From the IMG/VR virus record IMGVR_UViG_3300030061_002429, positions 37,689 through 101,688 of that record: a stretch of 64,000 nucleotides of DNA; one strand, given 5' to 3'. Numbering within the stretch: the first letter of the stretch is position 1; each line of letters opens with the position of its first letter. The DNA is from a virus. Below, piece after piece: positions 48,006-55,857 of this stretch. Made by a program: the position numbers and the translations under genes. The notes under the pieces are model-generated. The model saw only the letters and a list, made by a program, of their open reading frames with translations, searched no databases and was not told the origin of the DNA.

Positions 48006-48419
48006 TCATTCCTCCTCATAAGCAATGCGCTCATTGTCGTATACCATACCAAAATCATCCAGTGTAGTGTACTCATTCGTTGGTCGATGTGGCATGCCCC
48101 ATTGGTACATTGTGAACCACACATCGGTCAATGCACGAGCATACGTTTTGTCAGGGACGCTTGCTTTGAAATTGTCATAGTCAATGCGGTTAATCTGTCT
48201 GTTCATGTATCTATCGAACTCCTCTCTCGTGACATACATTCGATACGGGTAATCCGCATCAAAGTCTATGAAGATACGGTCACCCTCAAGCGATGGATGT
48301 TCCTGTAGATACAACAAGACACAGATTAGGTGCGCTTCATTGCGAGCACGCACCAGTAGTTCATCTGTACCACGTCGCTTAACGACGCTTACCCATCCTT
48401 CATTCGTTGCTATCCACAC
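48006..48419 (-). CDS. conserved phage hypothetical protein
   Basis: MWI...GWVSVV, LLVRAR, DYPYR, IDYDNFK. Confidence 0.7.
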   Translation of the reverse strand: MWIATNEGWVSVVKRRGTDELLVRARNEAHLICVLLYLQEHPSLEGDRIFIDFDADYPYRMYVTREEFDRYMNRQINRIDYDNFKASVPDKTYARALTDVWFTMYQWGMPHRPTNEYTTLDDFGMVYDNERIAYEEE

Positions 48420-48651
48420 GGTTATCCTCTCCCATAATCATTTCAATTCCTTTGAACTGCCACACTTCAAACCACATTGATTTGCAATCAGCACAGGCCA
48501 CGTCGATTGACCCACTCATGAAATCGCTACGGTATCGTAACTGGTCACTTCCACAAGAGGGACAATGTACAATCTCCTCTTGCTCTTGTTGTGAAAGTAT
48601 CAACTCACACAATTCTTTCTTCGTCTTTCTCATCAATTTTTTCTCGTCCAT
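48400..48651 (-). CDS. zinc-ribbon protein
   Basis: CPSCGS...CADC. Confidence 0.65.
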   Translation of the reverse strand: MDEKKLMRKTKKELCELILSQQEQEEIVHCPSCGSDQLRYRSDFMSGSIDVACADCKSMWFEVWQFKGIEMIMGEDNRVDSNE

Positions 48652-48731
48652 ATTATCACGCCTCAAAGTATTCAATGAAGATGTATTCATCTTCTTCGAT
48701 TTTGATTTTGATATTGTGCTCGTTCATGTCT

Positions 48732-49205
48732 TTACTCATTGTCATCTCTCCCTTCTTCCAGTTCACCTATGACCTTGTAATACAAACTACCTTTCTCGTA
48801 TATTTTCTCGGTGAAAGTATTCATTCCAATCTTTGGTCGTGCCTTACCCATCATCTCCAATATCTTTCCACCTTCTTTCATGGGGAACATGTGGTTGAGC
48901 ACAATGAAACCTACACCGCCAGTGCGGTCACGTCCATGTACGCAGTGTAGCAGTACGTGCTTACCCTCGTCAAGTAAGTCGAGTACCAACTCCGAAGCAT
49001 GTTGCCAAATGAACGGGTCGTTGTTGTGCGCTCGGAAGTAGTAGTGATGTCGCTCTTGCTTGTCACTGTCAATGAACCGTGGCGGGTATCGGCACAGGGT
49101 CACAACTGTGTGTGTCGGCTTGAGTGTATCTCGAAAATCCTCAAGGTCACACATGGTCAGTGACGAGCCATTCGCAAATGTGATTGGTGTGTTCTTCATA
49201 TTCAT
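48732..49205 (-). CDS. dual-specificity/tyrosine phosphatase (CX5R)
   Basis: VLLHCVHGRDRTG. Confidence 0.88.
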   Translation of the reverse strand: MNMKNTPITFANGSSLTMCDLEDFRDTLKPTHTVVTLCRYPPRFIDSDKQERHHYYFRAHNNDPFIWQHASELVLDLLDEGKHVLLHCVHGRDRTGGVGFIVLNHMFPMKEGGKILEMMGKARPKIGMNTFTEKIYEKGSLYYKVIGELEEGRDDNE

Positions 49206-49366
49206 TCCTCCTCTCGTAGTGCAAAGCAATGTGAGCAAGCCATCGTGCCGTCCACATCGTACTCCTCAACGCTATCGACAATCTTGCCACACACGTCACA
49301 TTCGTACGATGCATTCGCTCGGTCTTCCCACATCTGTGCGTCCATCTTTTCGTACCAGTCGTACAT
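49202..49366 (-). CDS. 54-aa zinc-finger microprotein
   Basis: MYDWYEK...CDVCGK...CSHC...EEE*; not in ORF track. Confidence 0.65.
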   Translation of the reverse strand: MYDWYEKMDAQMWEDRANASYECDVCGKIVDSVEEYDVDGTMACSHCFALREEE

Positions 49367-49684
49367 TCATTCCTCCTCCCGTAGTTCATCGAATGGGTCT
49401 TCGATAACAGTGTTAGATAGTTTGAATGTTGTTGTACGCATTACACCGCACATGATACAGATTTGCAAGTTCTTCACAATCTCACTACTGTTATCATCGT
49501 ACCGAAGACCAGTCCATCCGTCTTGCCACTCTATGTCATGCCAGTCATGGTGTGATTCTTCACAGATATGTGTCCTGTAGCCTTGCCTCTCAAACTCTTC
49601 AAGCAGTGCCAGTCGTCGTTGCAGTGCTTGCAACTCCACACTTATCTTCATCTTCGCATCAATTATCTTGTCAGTTGTCGTCAT
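49367..49684 (-). CDS. hypothetical protein
   Basis: First gene after promoter copy 4; C...H...CIMC. Confidence 0.7.
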   Translation of the reverse strand: MTTTDKIIDAKMKISVELQALQRRLALLEEFERQGYRTHICEESHHDWHDIEWQDGWTGLRYDDNSSEIVKNLQICIMCGVMRTTTFKLSNTVIEDPFDELREEE

Positions 49685-49696
49685 TTTATCATCCTC

Positions 49697-49718
49697 TTTC
49701 TCTTTGCCAGTTTATAAA
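49697..49718 (-). promoter_or_regulatory. repeated promoter cassette copy 4
   Basis: TTTATAAACTGGCAAAGAGAAA then GAGGATGA. Confidence 0.8.
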
Positions 49719-49736
49719 TCAACAGTGAAAGTATGC

Positions 49737-49925
49737 TCACTCCTTCGCCTCCACGTCATCCACTCGTACAACAGTCCCACCACACGAGCATACATCACCA
49801 TAGAACGGTCTTGGGTTTTCGCCTTGCTTCTGTATGTATTCATCAGTAAAGTTCCACCAACACTTCTCGCACATTATCATGAAATGATTCTTTTTCTTCT
49901 CTTCATTCTTCTTCCAAAATCTCAC
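49737..49925 (-). CDS. zinc-ribbon microprotein
   Basis: CEKC...CSCG; GTG start within the junction repeat. Confidence 0.6.
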   Translation of the reverse strand: MRFWKKNEEKKKNHFMIMCEKCWWNFTDEYIQKQGENPRPFYGDVCSCGGTVVRVDDVEAKE

Positions 49926-50128
49926 GCCGTCACCTCCAATCCAAGATGTGTCGCTACCTCTTCCAGTGTAGCGAGTTCACAGTAACCCAAGTCATCATCA
50001 ATCATGCCCCAAAGATAATCAATACTGTAGATGTATTCGTGTTCTTTGTCTGTCACTATCTCGACATCCACTGGGGTATGTACTCCATGCTTGCTCAATA
50101 CGAAATGCTGTTCCCACCTTGTGTTCAC
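49922..50128 (-). CDS. hypothetical protein ending EVTA
   Basis: GTG start within the junction repeat. Confidence 0.6.
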   Translation of the reverse strand: MNTRWEQHFVLSKHGVHTPVDVEIVTDKEHEYIYSIDYLWGMIDDDLGYCELATLEEVATHLGLEVTA

Positions 50129-50280
50129 GCCGTCACCTCCATGCACTCACACTCTAAACCATAACCTACAATTGTAGCAAGAGGATAGTAAGTAATGGGG
50201 CAACCAGTACAACCTTTGCATTTCAGTAGTTGCACCTTTGCATGGTGTTCCCAATACTCATCATCAAAACATTCATTCAC
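50125..50280 (-). CDS. Cys-rich microprotein ending EVTA
   Basis: CKGCTGC...CEC. Confidence 0.55.
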   Translation of the reverse strand: MNECFDDEYWEHHAKVQLLKCKGCTGCPITYYPLATIVGYGLECECMEVTA

Positions 50281-50783
50281 GCCGTCACCTCCACGCCTCG
50301 CCACCAGTCGGGGGCAGGTGTACCCTTCTCCCACTTGGCGAACTGCTTGCTGTGGTAGTAGGCTTGGTATGCTACAACCGCATCGTCATTACGATACTCG
50401 TCGGGCATGGCCTGTGCGAATGGTGTGAGTTCATCATACGGAACAATACCATGTAGTGCATACATTATACCTATAGGTTCATGACACGCATGTTGTTTAC
50501 CGAATCGCATACTGTATTCTAAACATAGTGCCAAACCATGTTGGGCCAACCATCTAAAATTAGCACCGGAGTCACCAGCCCATACTGTGCATGGGTGATG
50601 CTTGTAGCCACCCTTGTAGGGCTTACCTGCTTTGGTGAGTGGCATGTCCTCATCAGTCGCACCATGTCGGCGCAGGGCTGATGCCATCATCTGTGCGGCC
50701 TCTACACACATCTTGGGGATGTGCTTGTCGCAGTGCATTCGTGCCGCAGTGATTGGGTTTCTGTCTAATACAAATATGTTCAT
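50277..50783 (-). CDS. pyrimidine-dimer DNA glycosylase / endonuclease V-like protein
   Basis: MNIFVLD...HCDKH..KM..EAAQM, HHPCTVW, EY..RFGK.H, QAMPDEY. Confidence 0.8.
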   Translation of the reverse strand: MNIFVLDRNPITAARMHCDKHIPKMCVEAAQMMASALRRHGATDEDMPLTKAGKPYKGGYKHHPCTVWAGDSGANFRWLAQHGLALCLEYSMRFGKQHACHEPIGIMYALHGIVPYDELTPFAQAMPDEYRNDDAVVAYQAYYHSKQFAKWEKGTPAPDWWRGVEVTA

Positions 50784-50911
50784 TCGTTCCCCTCCGTACA
50801 GTATGGACAACAAATGTAACCAGCATCCATATCAAACGACTTGTCGCACCACGGACACAGCATAATCGGTATCAACACTGGTACGTGCTTTGGTGGGTGT
50901 TTTTTCTTCAT
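50780..50911 (-). CDS. 43-aa zinc-finger microprotein
   Basis: CPWC...CPYC; not in ORF track. Confidence 0.55.
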   Translation of the reverse strand: MKKKHPPKHVPVLIPIMLCPWCDKSFDMDAGYICCPYCTEGNE

Positions 50912-50914
50912 TCT

Positions 50915-51142
50915 CTATTCCTCCAATTGATAATCGAAGTACAGGAAAGCAATCGCTTCCGCTATTGTTTCGGGTGACATCCAATGATGACCACCAAAAC
51001 CAACACGTATACTGCACCCACTCGTGTCTTCCCATGCCTCTTCCAATCCTAAACCACAAGCGTGTTTACACGCTTTGTCGGCTTCTTCAAATCTATCGTG
51101 CGTTTTCCAAATTTCTATATTCCAACCCCATGTCATATTCAT
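50915..51142 (-). CDS. hypothetical protein
   Basis: ORF with ATGA overlap. Confidence 0.6.
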   Translation of the reverse strand: MNMTWGWNIEIWKTHDRFEEADKACKHACGLGLEEAWEDTSGCSIRVGFGGHHWMSPETIAEAIAFLYFDYQLEE

Positions 51143-51612
51143 CCCACCCTGTAAATGAAATACGTGACATCTTCAAACAATCCGTTTTGGAAAGTCACAA
51201 AGTTTTCTTCGGAGTCGTATCGTGCAAGGAAGTGTCCTCGTCCATCACAGCGTACAGCGTCTTCAACAAAGTGGTCGAAGTCCTTAATCATCGCAGTGAT
51301 GGCTTGGTTTGCACTTGGACTCATCTTCTTTTGCACTTCTTCGATTATGTTACTGCTTACACCAGTGTGTGCTTGGAGGAAGGATGGGGTGAACCCCCAT
51401 ACCGTTTCCTCGATATACTCACGCACTGCTTCATCCGCTTCCTCATCAGTATAGACAAGATAATCGTTGTCGATGTAACCGTCCACTTCTTCAAAGTCAT
51501 ATTCACCAAGATGTATCGCCAGTGCAATGACACGCTCACGGTCATCGCCTACGTTTACAAATGCTCTCTCCCATAATTCGTTCTTCATTCCTTCAATTGT
51601 TTTTGCTTTCAT
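51139..51612 (-). CDS. conserved phage hypothetical protein
   Basis: YLVYTDEEAD, DGRGHFLARYDSEE. Confidence 0.75.
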   Translation of the reverse strand: MKAKTIEGMKNELWERAFVNVGDDRERVIALAIHLGEYDFEEVDGYIDNDYLVYTDEEADEAVREYIEETVWGFTPSFLQAHTGVSSNIIEEVQKKMSPSANQAITAMIKDFDHFVEDAVRCDGRGHFLARYDSEENFVTFQNGLFEDVTYFIYRVG

Positions 51613-51818
51613 TCGTTCACCTCATCCATTAACAGTTTCAACCATTCGTTCACAATAGCCATACCCCTGAGTAACTCTATCTTGCACATCCTTGCCCAAT
51701 CACTCACGTCATCCATATCGTGTATGTGATAGAAGGACAGGATGTTGTCGGTTAGATTGTTAGCCTGTACCTTGAGGTCGATTGCTCCCACTTGTATTTC
51801 TTCAATGCTTTCGCTCAT
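51609..51818 (-). CDS. hypothetical protein
   Basis: First gene after promoter copy 5. Confidence 0.6.
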   Translation of the reverse strand: MSESIEEIQVGAIDLKVQANNLTDNILSFYHIHDMDDVSDWARMCKIELLRGMAIVNEWLKLLMDEVNE

Positions 51819-51845
51819 ACTTTCACTTCCAATGTTTTCACCTTC

Positions 51846-51867
51846 TTTCTCTTTGCCGATTTATAAA
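51846..51867 (-). promoter_or_regulatory. repeated promoter cassette copy 5
   Basis: TTTATAAATCGGCAAAGAGAAA then GAAGGTGA. Confidence 0.8.
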
Positions 51868-51882
51868 GCAAAGATTACTGAA

Positions 51883-52506
51883 TCAAGCCACTCGTCGTGC
51901 AATGTCTTGCACTCGTTGTTGCATGATGTTGCGAGTCTGTGCATCACGGAGGTACTGCAATGCTTGTTCCATTGGTTCGATACCTCCATGTGCATCGAGT
52001 GAACGTCCTAAGTCTTGTTCACTCATCCCCTGAAACACAGGGTTGCGTTGTCGAAGTGAGTCGAGTTCACCTACATTCGTGGTGAATCTATCTCCCTTCG
52101 GTGCGCCCATTGCTCGGAACGCACCCGCCCCTCCTACATCGACGTAGGAGAGAGAGCCGTCAGGTTGGCGTAGTACATTGTCACCCGTCATACCAAGCAC
52201 ATCCCAGTTGGCTGTTAATGCGTGGGGTACGAAGTCACGCTGTAGTTGTCGTACGTCTTCTTGAGTTGGTCTTGTGCCGACCTCTTGTGAATCGGCTATG
52301 AAGTCGGCAAGCATGGTTGGCTTTCCCCTGTGTGTAATCATCTCGGCTTGAGGTACATTCACACCTAAAGCATTCAAGTATCGGTTCATGTCGAACTCGT
52401 TCTGAATGTGTGCAGGATGCGCTCCTTGCTTGCCTACTCGTGGCCCCTGTTCAGTATCGTACAGGGTTGCACCAGTCGAACCTCCTAAGAATCGAACTGG
52501 TCGCAT
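51883..52506 (-). CDS. HipA/PI3-4-kinase-like kinase
   Basis: Gly loop LGGSTGA, V.K, NE helix C, ANWDV.G...DNVL catalytic loop, YVDVG. Confidence 0.72.
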   Translation of the reverse strand: MRPVRFLGGSTGATLYDTEQGPRVGKQGAHPAHIQNEFDMNRYLNALGVNVPQAEMITHRGKPTMLADFIADSQEVGTRPTQEDVRQLQRDFVPHALTANWDVLGMTGDNVLRQPDGSLSYVDVGGAGAFRAMGAPKGDRFTTNVGELDSLRQRNPVFQGMSEQDLGRSLDAHGGIEPMEQALQYLRDAQTRNIMQQRVQDIARRVA

Positions 52507-52534
52507 GGTTATCCCATGTAATCATTGTACATAA

Positions 52535-52626
52535 ATTCAGATGGGGAAGGGCTTCATTGTGAAAACACAACAACTATCTCCGAGGTCAAACCTTTTGCCC
52601 TTATTATTGGATAAACCCATGCGAAT
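52535..52626. ncRNA. putative structured RNA motif, copy 2
   Basis: ATGGGGAAGGGC...GCCCTTATTATTGGATAAACCCAT; covaries with copy 1. Confidence 0.5.
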
Positions 52627-52857
52627 CTAATCAAGTGGATGTTCTATATTCAGGTCACCCAGTACCCATCGCAACGCCTTGACCACGCCTTCCAGTGCTT
52701 TGTAGTTTCTCATGTGAAACATACGCTTGTCCCTCGTGCATGATTGCATTGCTGTGTAATGTTTATTTTGTAATCGCTCGGCTTTGTCGAGCATCTCTTC
52801 AATCTCTACCCACGTTCTTTCGTAGGTGAAGTGTTCACTGTCTTGATGGTCGTTCAT
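52627..52857 (-). CDS. hypothetical helical protein
   Basis: MNDHQDSEHF...ALEGVVKALRWVLGD. Confidence 0.7.
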   Translation of the reverse strand: MNDHQDSEHFTYERTWVEIEEMLDKAERLQNKHYTAMQSCTRDKRMFHMRNYKALEGVVKALRWVLGDLNIEHPLD

Positions 52858-53180
52858 TCTACTTCCGCCTTCCATTCGCTTTGTTCTTCATCACCATACT
52901 GTACCATGACACGATGGCCTTTTTCAAGCATCCATGTTTCACAGTCTTCGTAACAACGAGCATCCCTGTAATCATAGAAGGCTTGCACGATTCGTCGCTC
53001 AATACGCAGTGCTTCACGCAACCGCTTGACTTCTGCAAGAAGTTTTGGTGCGTCATTCAGTAGTGCGGAGGTAGCCTTGTGTTGTTCAATCGTTTCAGCG
53101 TTTTTCAGCATCCATTTAGACCAAGCCCAAGTCTGTCCTTCACTCGCTAAGTGTCCTTCGTATTTGTCTGTGTCAATCAT
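52854..53180 (-). CDS. MIDTDKYEG family member 1
   Basis: Constant boxes MIDTDKYEGH and DAPKLLAEVKRLRE. Confidence 0.8.
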   Translation of the reverse strand: MIDTDKYEGHLASEGQTWAWSKWMLKNAETIEQHKATSALLNDAPKLLAEVKRLREALRIERRIVQAFYDYRDARCYEDCETWMLEKGHRVMVQYGDEEQSEWKAEVE

Positions 53181-53518
53181 TCTTCCTCATCCTCGTGGTA
53201 ACCTATCATATCTCTCAAGCAATCAGTGGCATGTTGTATGTCACGAATGTAGTGGTTGTCCATGCTGTCAATCATGTCCACAATCTGCTCACGCAACCGC
53301 TTGACTTCTTGAAGGAGTAGTGGTGCGTCTTGTAAGAGTTGAATGTTAGGGTAATCAGCGTGAGTGAAGTCAATGTCAGTGAAGTAAGATGTTTCAGTCA
53401 CCAGCACTCCGTTTGCATCTACGATGTCAAGGTGAGAGCCTTCGTCATCGTATGGTTGTCCTTCGGCAGTTCGCCACGGCCCCAACCTGTGTCCTTCGTA
53501 TTTGTCTGTGTCAATCAT
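53177..53518 (-). CDS. MIDTDKYEG family member 2
   Basis: HRLGPW; DAPLLLQEVKRLRE. Confidence 0.8.
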   Translation of the reverse strand: MIDTDKYEGHRLGPWRTAEGQPYDDEGSHLDIVDANGVLVTETSYFTDIDFTHADYPNIQLLQDAPLLLQEVKRLREQIVDMIDSMDNHYIRDIQHATDCLRDMIGYHEDEEE

Positions 53519-53825
53519 GTTTCGTCATCTCCTTGTATGTTCCCCCATAAAGCCATGTGCATTTCATAGAATCGCATCCACGAATCGCTTCATGTAATCG
53601 CTCATTCTCTTCACGCAACCGCTTGACTTCGGCAAGAAGTTTTGGTGCGTCTGCCATAAGTTGTTGAGTTGGCGTATCATCATTCCAATCTTCGCCAACA
53701 AGTTCAACAGTACATGGCTCTCCTAAAACCTGTACTATTTCTTTCCCTATTGCATTGTATAAGCAAAAGTAATCCCAATGCCACGGTCCTTCTGTATGTC
53801 CTTCGTATTTGTCTGTGTCAATCAT
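53511..53825 (-). CDS. MIDTDKYEG family member 3
   Basis: HTEGPW; DAPKLLAEVKRLREENERL. Confidence 0.8.
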   Translation of the reverse strand: MIDTDKYEGHTEGPWHWDYFCLYNAIGKEIVQVLGEPCTVELVGEDWNDDTPTQQLMADAPKLLAEVKRLREENERLHEAIRGCDSMKCTWLYGGTYKEMTKHD

Positions 53826-53829
53826 TCAA

Positions 53830-54291
53830 TCACCTCTTTCGTGCAACTTCACTTGGTTCACCCCAATGCTTTACCCAAGCATCTCGGTTAGTAGTAATGT
53901 ATCTCTCAATGAGTTGAACAGTTCCTTCTTCGTCATAATCCCAATAGTGGGTTTCGGGATAGAGCCATACTTCCATAGCGTAGTGCCATGTGTTATCTCC
54001 TACCTGCGCCCTCATGTGTTCGGCTTGTGTGATTGCATAGTCTTTCAACTGATACTTCTTGACTTCTTGAAGGATTAGTGGTGCGTCAGCGATGAGTTGT
54101 GCGTCGGCCTTAGACAATGTATTCTTACGCACACCGAGCATACATTTATCGAGGCGTGTAACATTGATGGATTGAGAGTTGTTCTTGTGTGTAGGAAGAA
54201 GAACCTCCCATCCAAAACCGTGTGTGTCTGTACCATCGTATGCGTACCATTCTCCTTCTGTATGTCCTTCGTATTTGTCTGTGTCAATCAT
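53830..54291 (-). CDS. MIDTDKYEG family member 4
   Basis: HTEGEW; DAQLIADAPLILQEVK. Confidence 0.8.
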   Translation of the reverse strand: MIDTDKYEGHTEGEWYAYDGTDTHGFGWEVLLPTHKNNSQSINVTRLDKCMLGVRKNTLSKADAQLIADAPLILQEVKKYQLKDYAITQAEHMRAQVGDNTWHYAMEVWLYPETHYWDYDEEGTVQLIERYITTNRDAWVKHWGEPSEVARKR

Positions 54292-54620
54292 TCTTCTTCA
54301 CCCCAAACATAGTCATCAAAGTTCATCATCGCTGAATCATTGTGGAGAACTTGTTTGTAAGCCCATTTAGTCGCCCTTGATAACTGTTCACTCAACCTCT
54401 TGATGTATGCTTCTCGTCCGTCTAATTCTTCACGCAATCGCTTGACTTCCTCAAGGAGAAGTGGTGAGTCGGCTATAAGATGAGTATTGATTTCTTCAAT
54501 CACAGTCGCAATTTTACCACCTACATTCCCTATTTTGCAAGCGTCTTGAGCATGGATGCGCTCTCCATGAATCTCCCACGGCGCAGGTGTATGTCCTTCG
54601 TATTTGTCTGTGTCAATCAT
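54288..54620 (-). CDS. MIDTDKYEG family member 5
   Basis: HTPAPW; LIADSPLLLEEVKRLRE. Confidence 0.8.
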   Translation of the reverse strand: MIDTDKYEGHTPAPWEIHGERIHAQDACKIGNVGGKIATVIEEINTHLIADSPLLLEEVKRLREELDGREAYIKRLSEQLSRATKWAYKQVLHNDSAMMNFDDYVWGEEE

Positions 54621-54847
54621 TCTTCTTCACTCCTATACTCTTCATCGTAAGCACCATATCCAACGGCTTTCTCAACCATGTCCCTTAGTCGCTCATTTTC
54701 TTCACGCAGTCGCTTGTACGCTTCAAGGAGAAGTGGTGCGTCATTCAGTAGTGCATAAGTAGCAACCAGTTCTTTTCCATCATTCACAACCACTATCTCA
54801 TAAGTGTATTCGGTTGAGTGTCCGTCGTATTTGTTTGTGTCAATCAT
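54617..54847 (-). CDS. MIDTDKYEG family member 6
   Basis: MIDTNKYDGH; ALLNDAPLLLEAYKRLREENERL. Confidence 0.8.
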   Translation of the reverse strand: MIDTNKYDGHSTEYTYEIVVVNDGKELVATYALLNDAPLLLEAYKRLREENERLRDMVEKAVGYGAYDEEYRSEEE

Positions 54848-55047
54848 TCAATCATCACCTTCAAAGCACCTTTGATTCCCAATAAAATATCTTCATCCTC
54901 ATAAGTGATAACTGCATCAAGATATTCATACAATGTCTTCACTCCTTTTCGCAACCGCTTGACTTCTGCGAGCAGGTCAAGTGCCAACACATTGTTTCTC
55001 CCATCATCATCTTTGAGAATGCGCTCGTATTCGTCTGTGTCAATCAT
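54844..55047 (-). CDS. MIDTDKYEG family member 7 (minimal)
   Basis: MIDTDEYE; LLAEVKRLR. Confidence 0.75.
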   Translation of the reverse strand: MIDTDEYERILKDDDGRNNVLALDLLAEVKRLRKGVKTLYEYLDAVITYEDEDILLGIKGALKVMIE

Positions 55048-55649
55048 TCTTCTTCACCTTTTGATACACCTTGTGTTGGTCGCTTACCTTCACACTGAAT
55101 GTACGCATTGTTTTGTTCAACGAAGTTAATCATTTCACTGCACTTCTTGAAATCAATATCAAGTCGCCATGTGTTTGAGAAGTTGAACTTGAACACATGC
55201 TCAAGGTTTGGATTCATCACTGCATTGTTTGAGCCGTCAATGACCAACTGGTAGCCATCTTCGTACTTTTCAACACTGATGTTACGCACGTAACATACTG
55301 TATCTGATGCAAACGACGTATGTGTTGCTTTGAGAGCATGTAAATATGCCCCCACATCAGGAGGCATGGTGTACTTACCTGCGAAACCGTATTCACGGTT
55401 GATGGTAACTTCACCAAAGCCCTGTACATGCATGACACCAGTGCCCTCGCTACTGATTGTCCTTACCTGTAAGGTCGGTTCGTTCACTTGTTTTGCTTCT
55501 TTGTATTGTTCGTCTATTGTTTGTTCTCCCATGTTGTTCACTTCCATATTCATTGGCATTGGCACAGAAAATAGTTTCGCAATGAAATCTTGTGCATCTG
55601 CAATTTGTTCGGTCATTTCTTTTGTTTCGTCTTCATTGTTTTCGGTCAT
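55044..55649 (-). CDS. hypothetical protein
   Basis: 201 aa ORF. Confidence 0.7.
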   Translation of the reverse strand: MTENNEDETKEMTEQIADAQDFIAKLFSVPMPMNMEVNNMGEQTIDEQYKEAKQVNEPTLQVRTISSEGTGVMHVQGFGEVTINREYGFAGKYTMPPDVGAYLHALKATHTSFASDTVCYVRNISVEKYEDGYQLVIDGSNNAVMNPNLEHVFKFNFSNTWRLDIDFKKCSEMINFVEQNNAYIQCEGKRPTQGVSKGEEE

Positions 55650-55857
55650 TGTAATCCCTCTCTTGTTCTATGTTTTTCATGTCTTTCAGCACTTTCTTCC
55701 ACATGTCTATGATGTGTGGAATGTACTCAATAATGTCATCCACTTCTTCATCAAAACCGTAGTCTTTCAAGTCCTTGAGTGTAATCCGTCCATCACCACT
55801 CCAGTGATGGTTGTATGCTAATTCGTCCAGTGTCGCAGGGCAACTCACCATGTTCAT
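55633..55857 (-). CDS. hypothetical protein
   Basis: ORF with ATGA overlap. Confidence 0.6.
   Translation of the reverse strand: MNMVSCPATLDELAYNHHWSGDGRITLKDLKDYGFDEEVDDIIEYIPHIIDMWKKVLKDMKNIEQERDYNDRKQ

Larger units (their letters stand above)
52854..55047 (-). repeat. tandem array of 7 MIDTDKYEG paralogues with repeated 5' box and internal box
   Basis: 29-nt ATGATTGACACAGACAAATACGAAGGACA identical in 5 copies, diverged in 2; internal GAAGTCAAGCGGTTGCG box. Confidence 0.95.

Noticed and set aside
50890-51576. Plus-strand ORFs in the minus-strand region (e.g. 228 aa here, 209 aa at 46800)
   Set aside because: Antisense to well-supported, tightly coupled genes.
52854-55047. CRISPR array (29-nt direct repeats, Cas4-like gene in the window)
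   Set aside because: Repeats are 200-470 nt apart, encode protein N-termini and are not palindromic; the Cas4-like gene is a solo replication-module nuclease with no cas operon.
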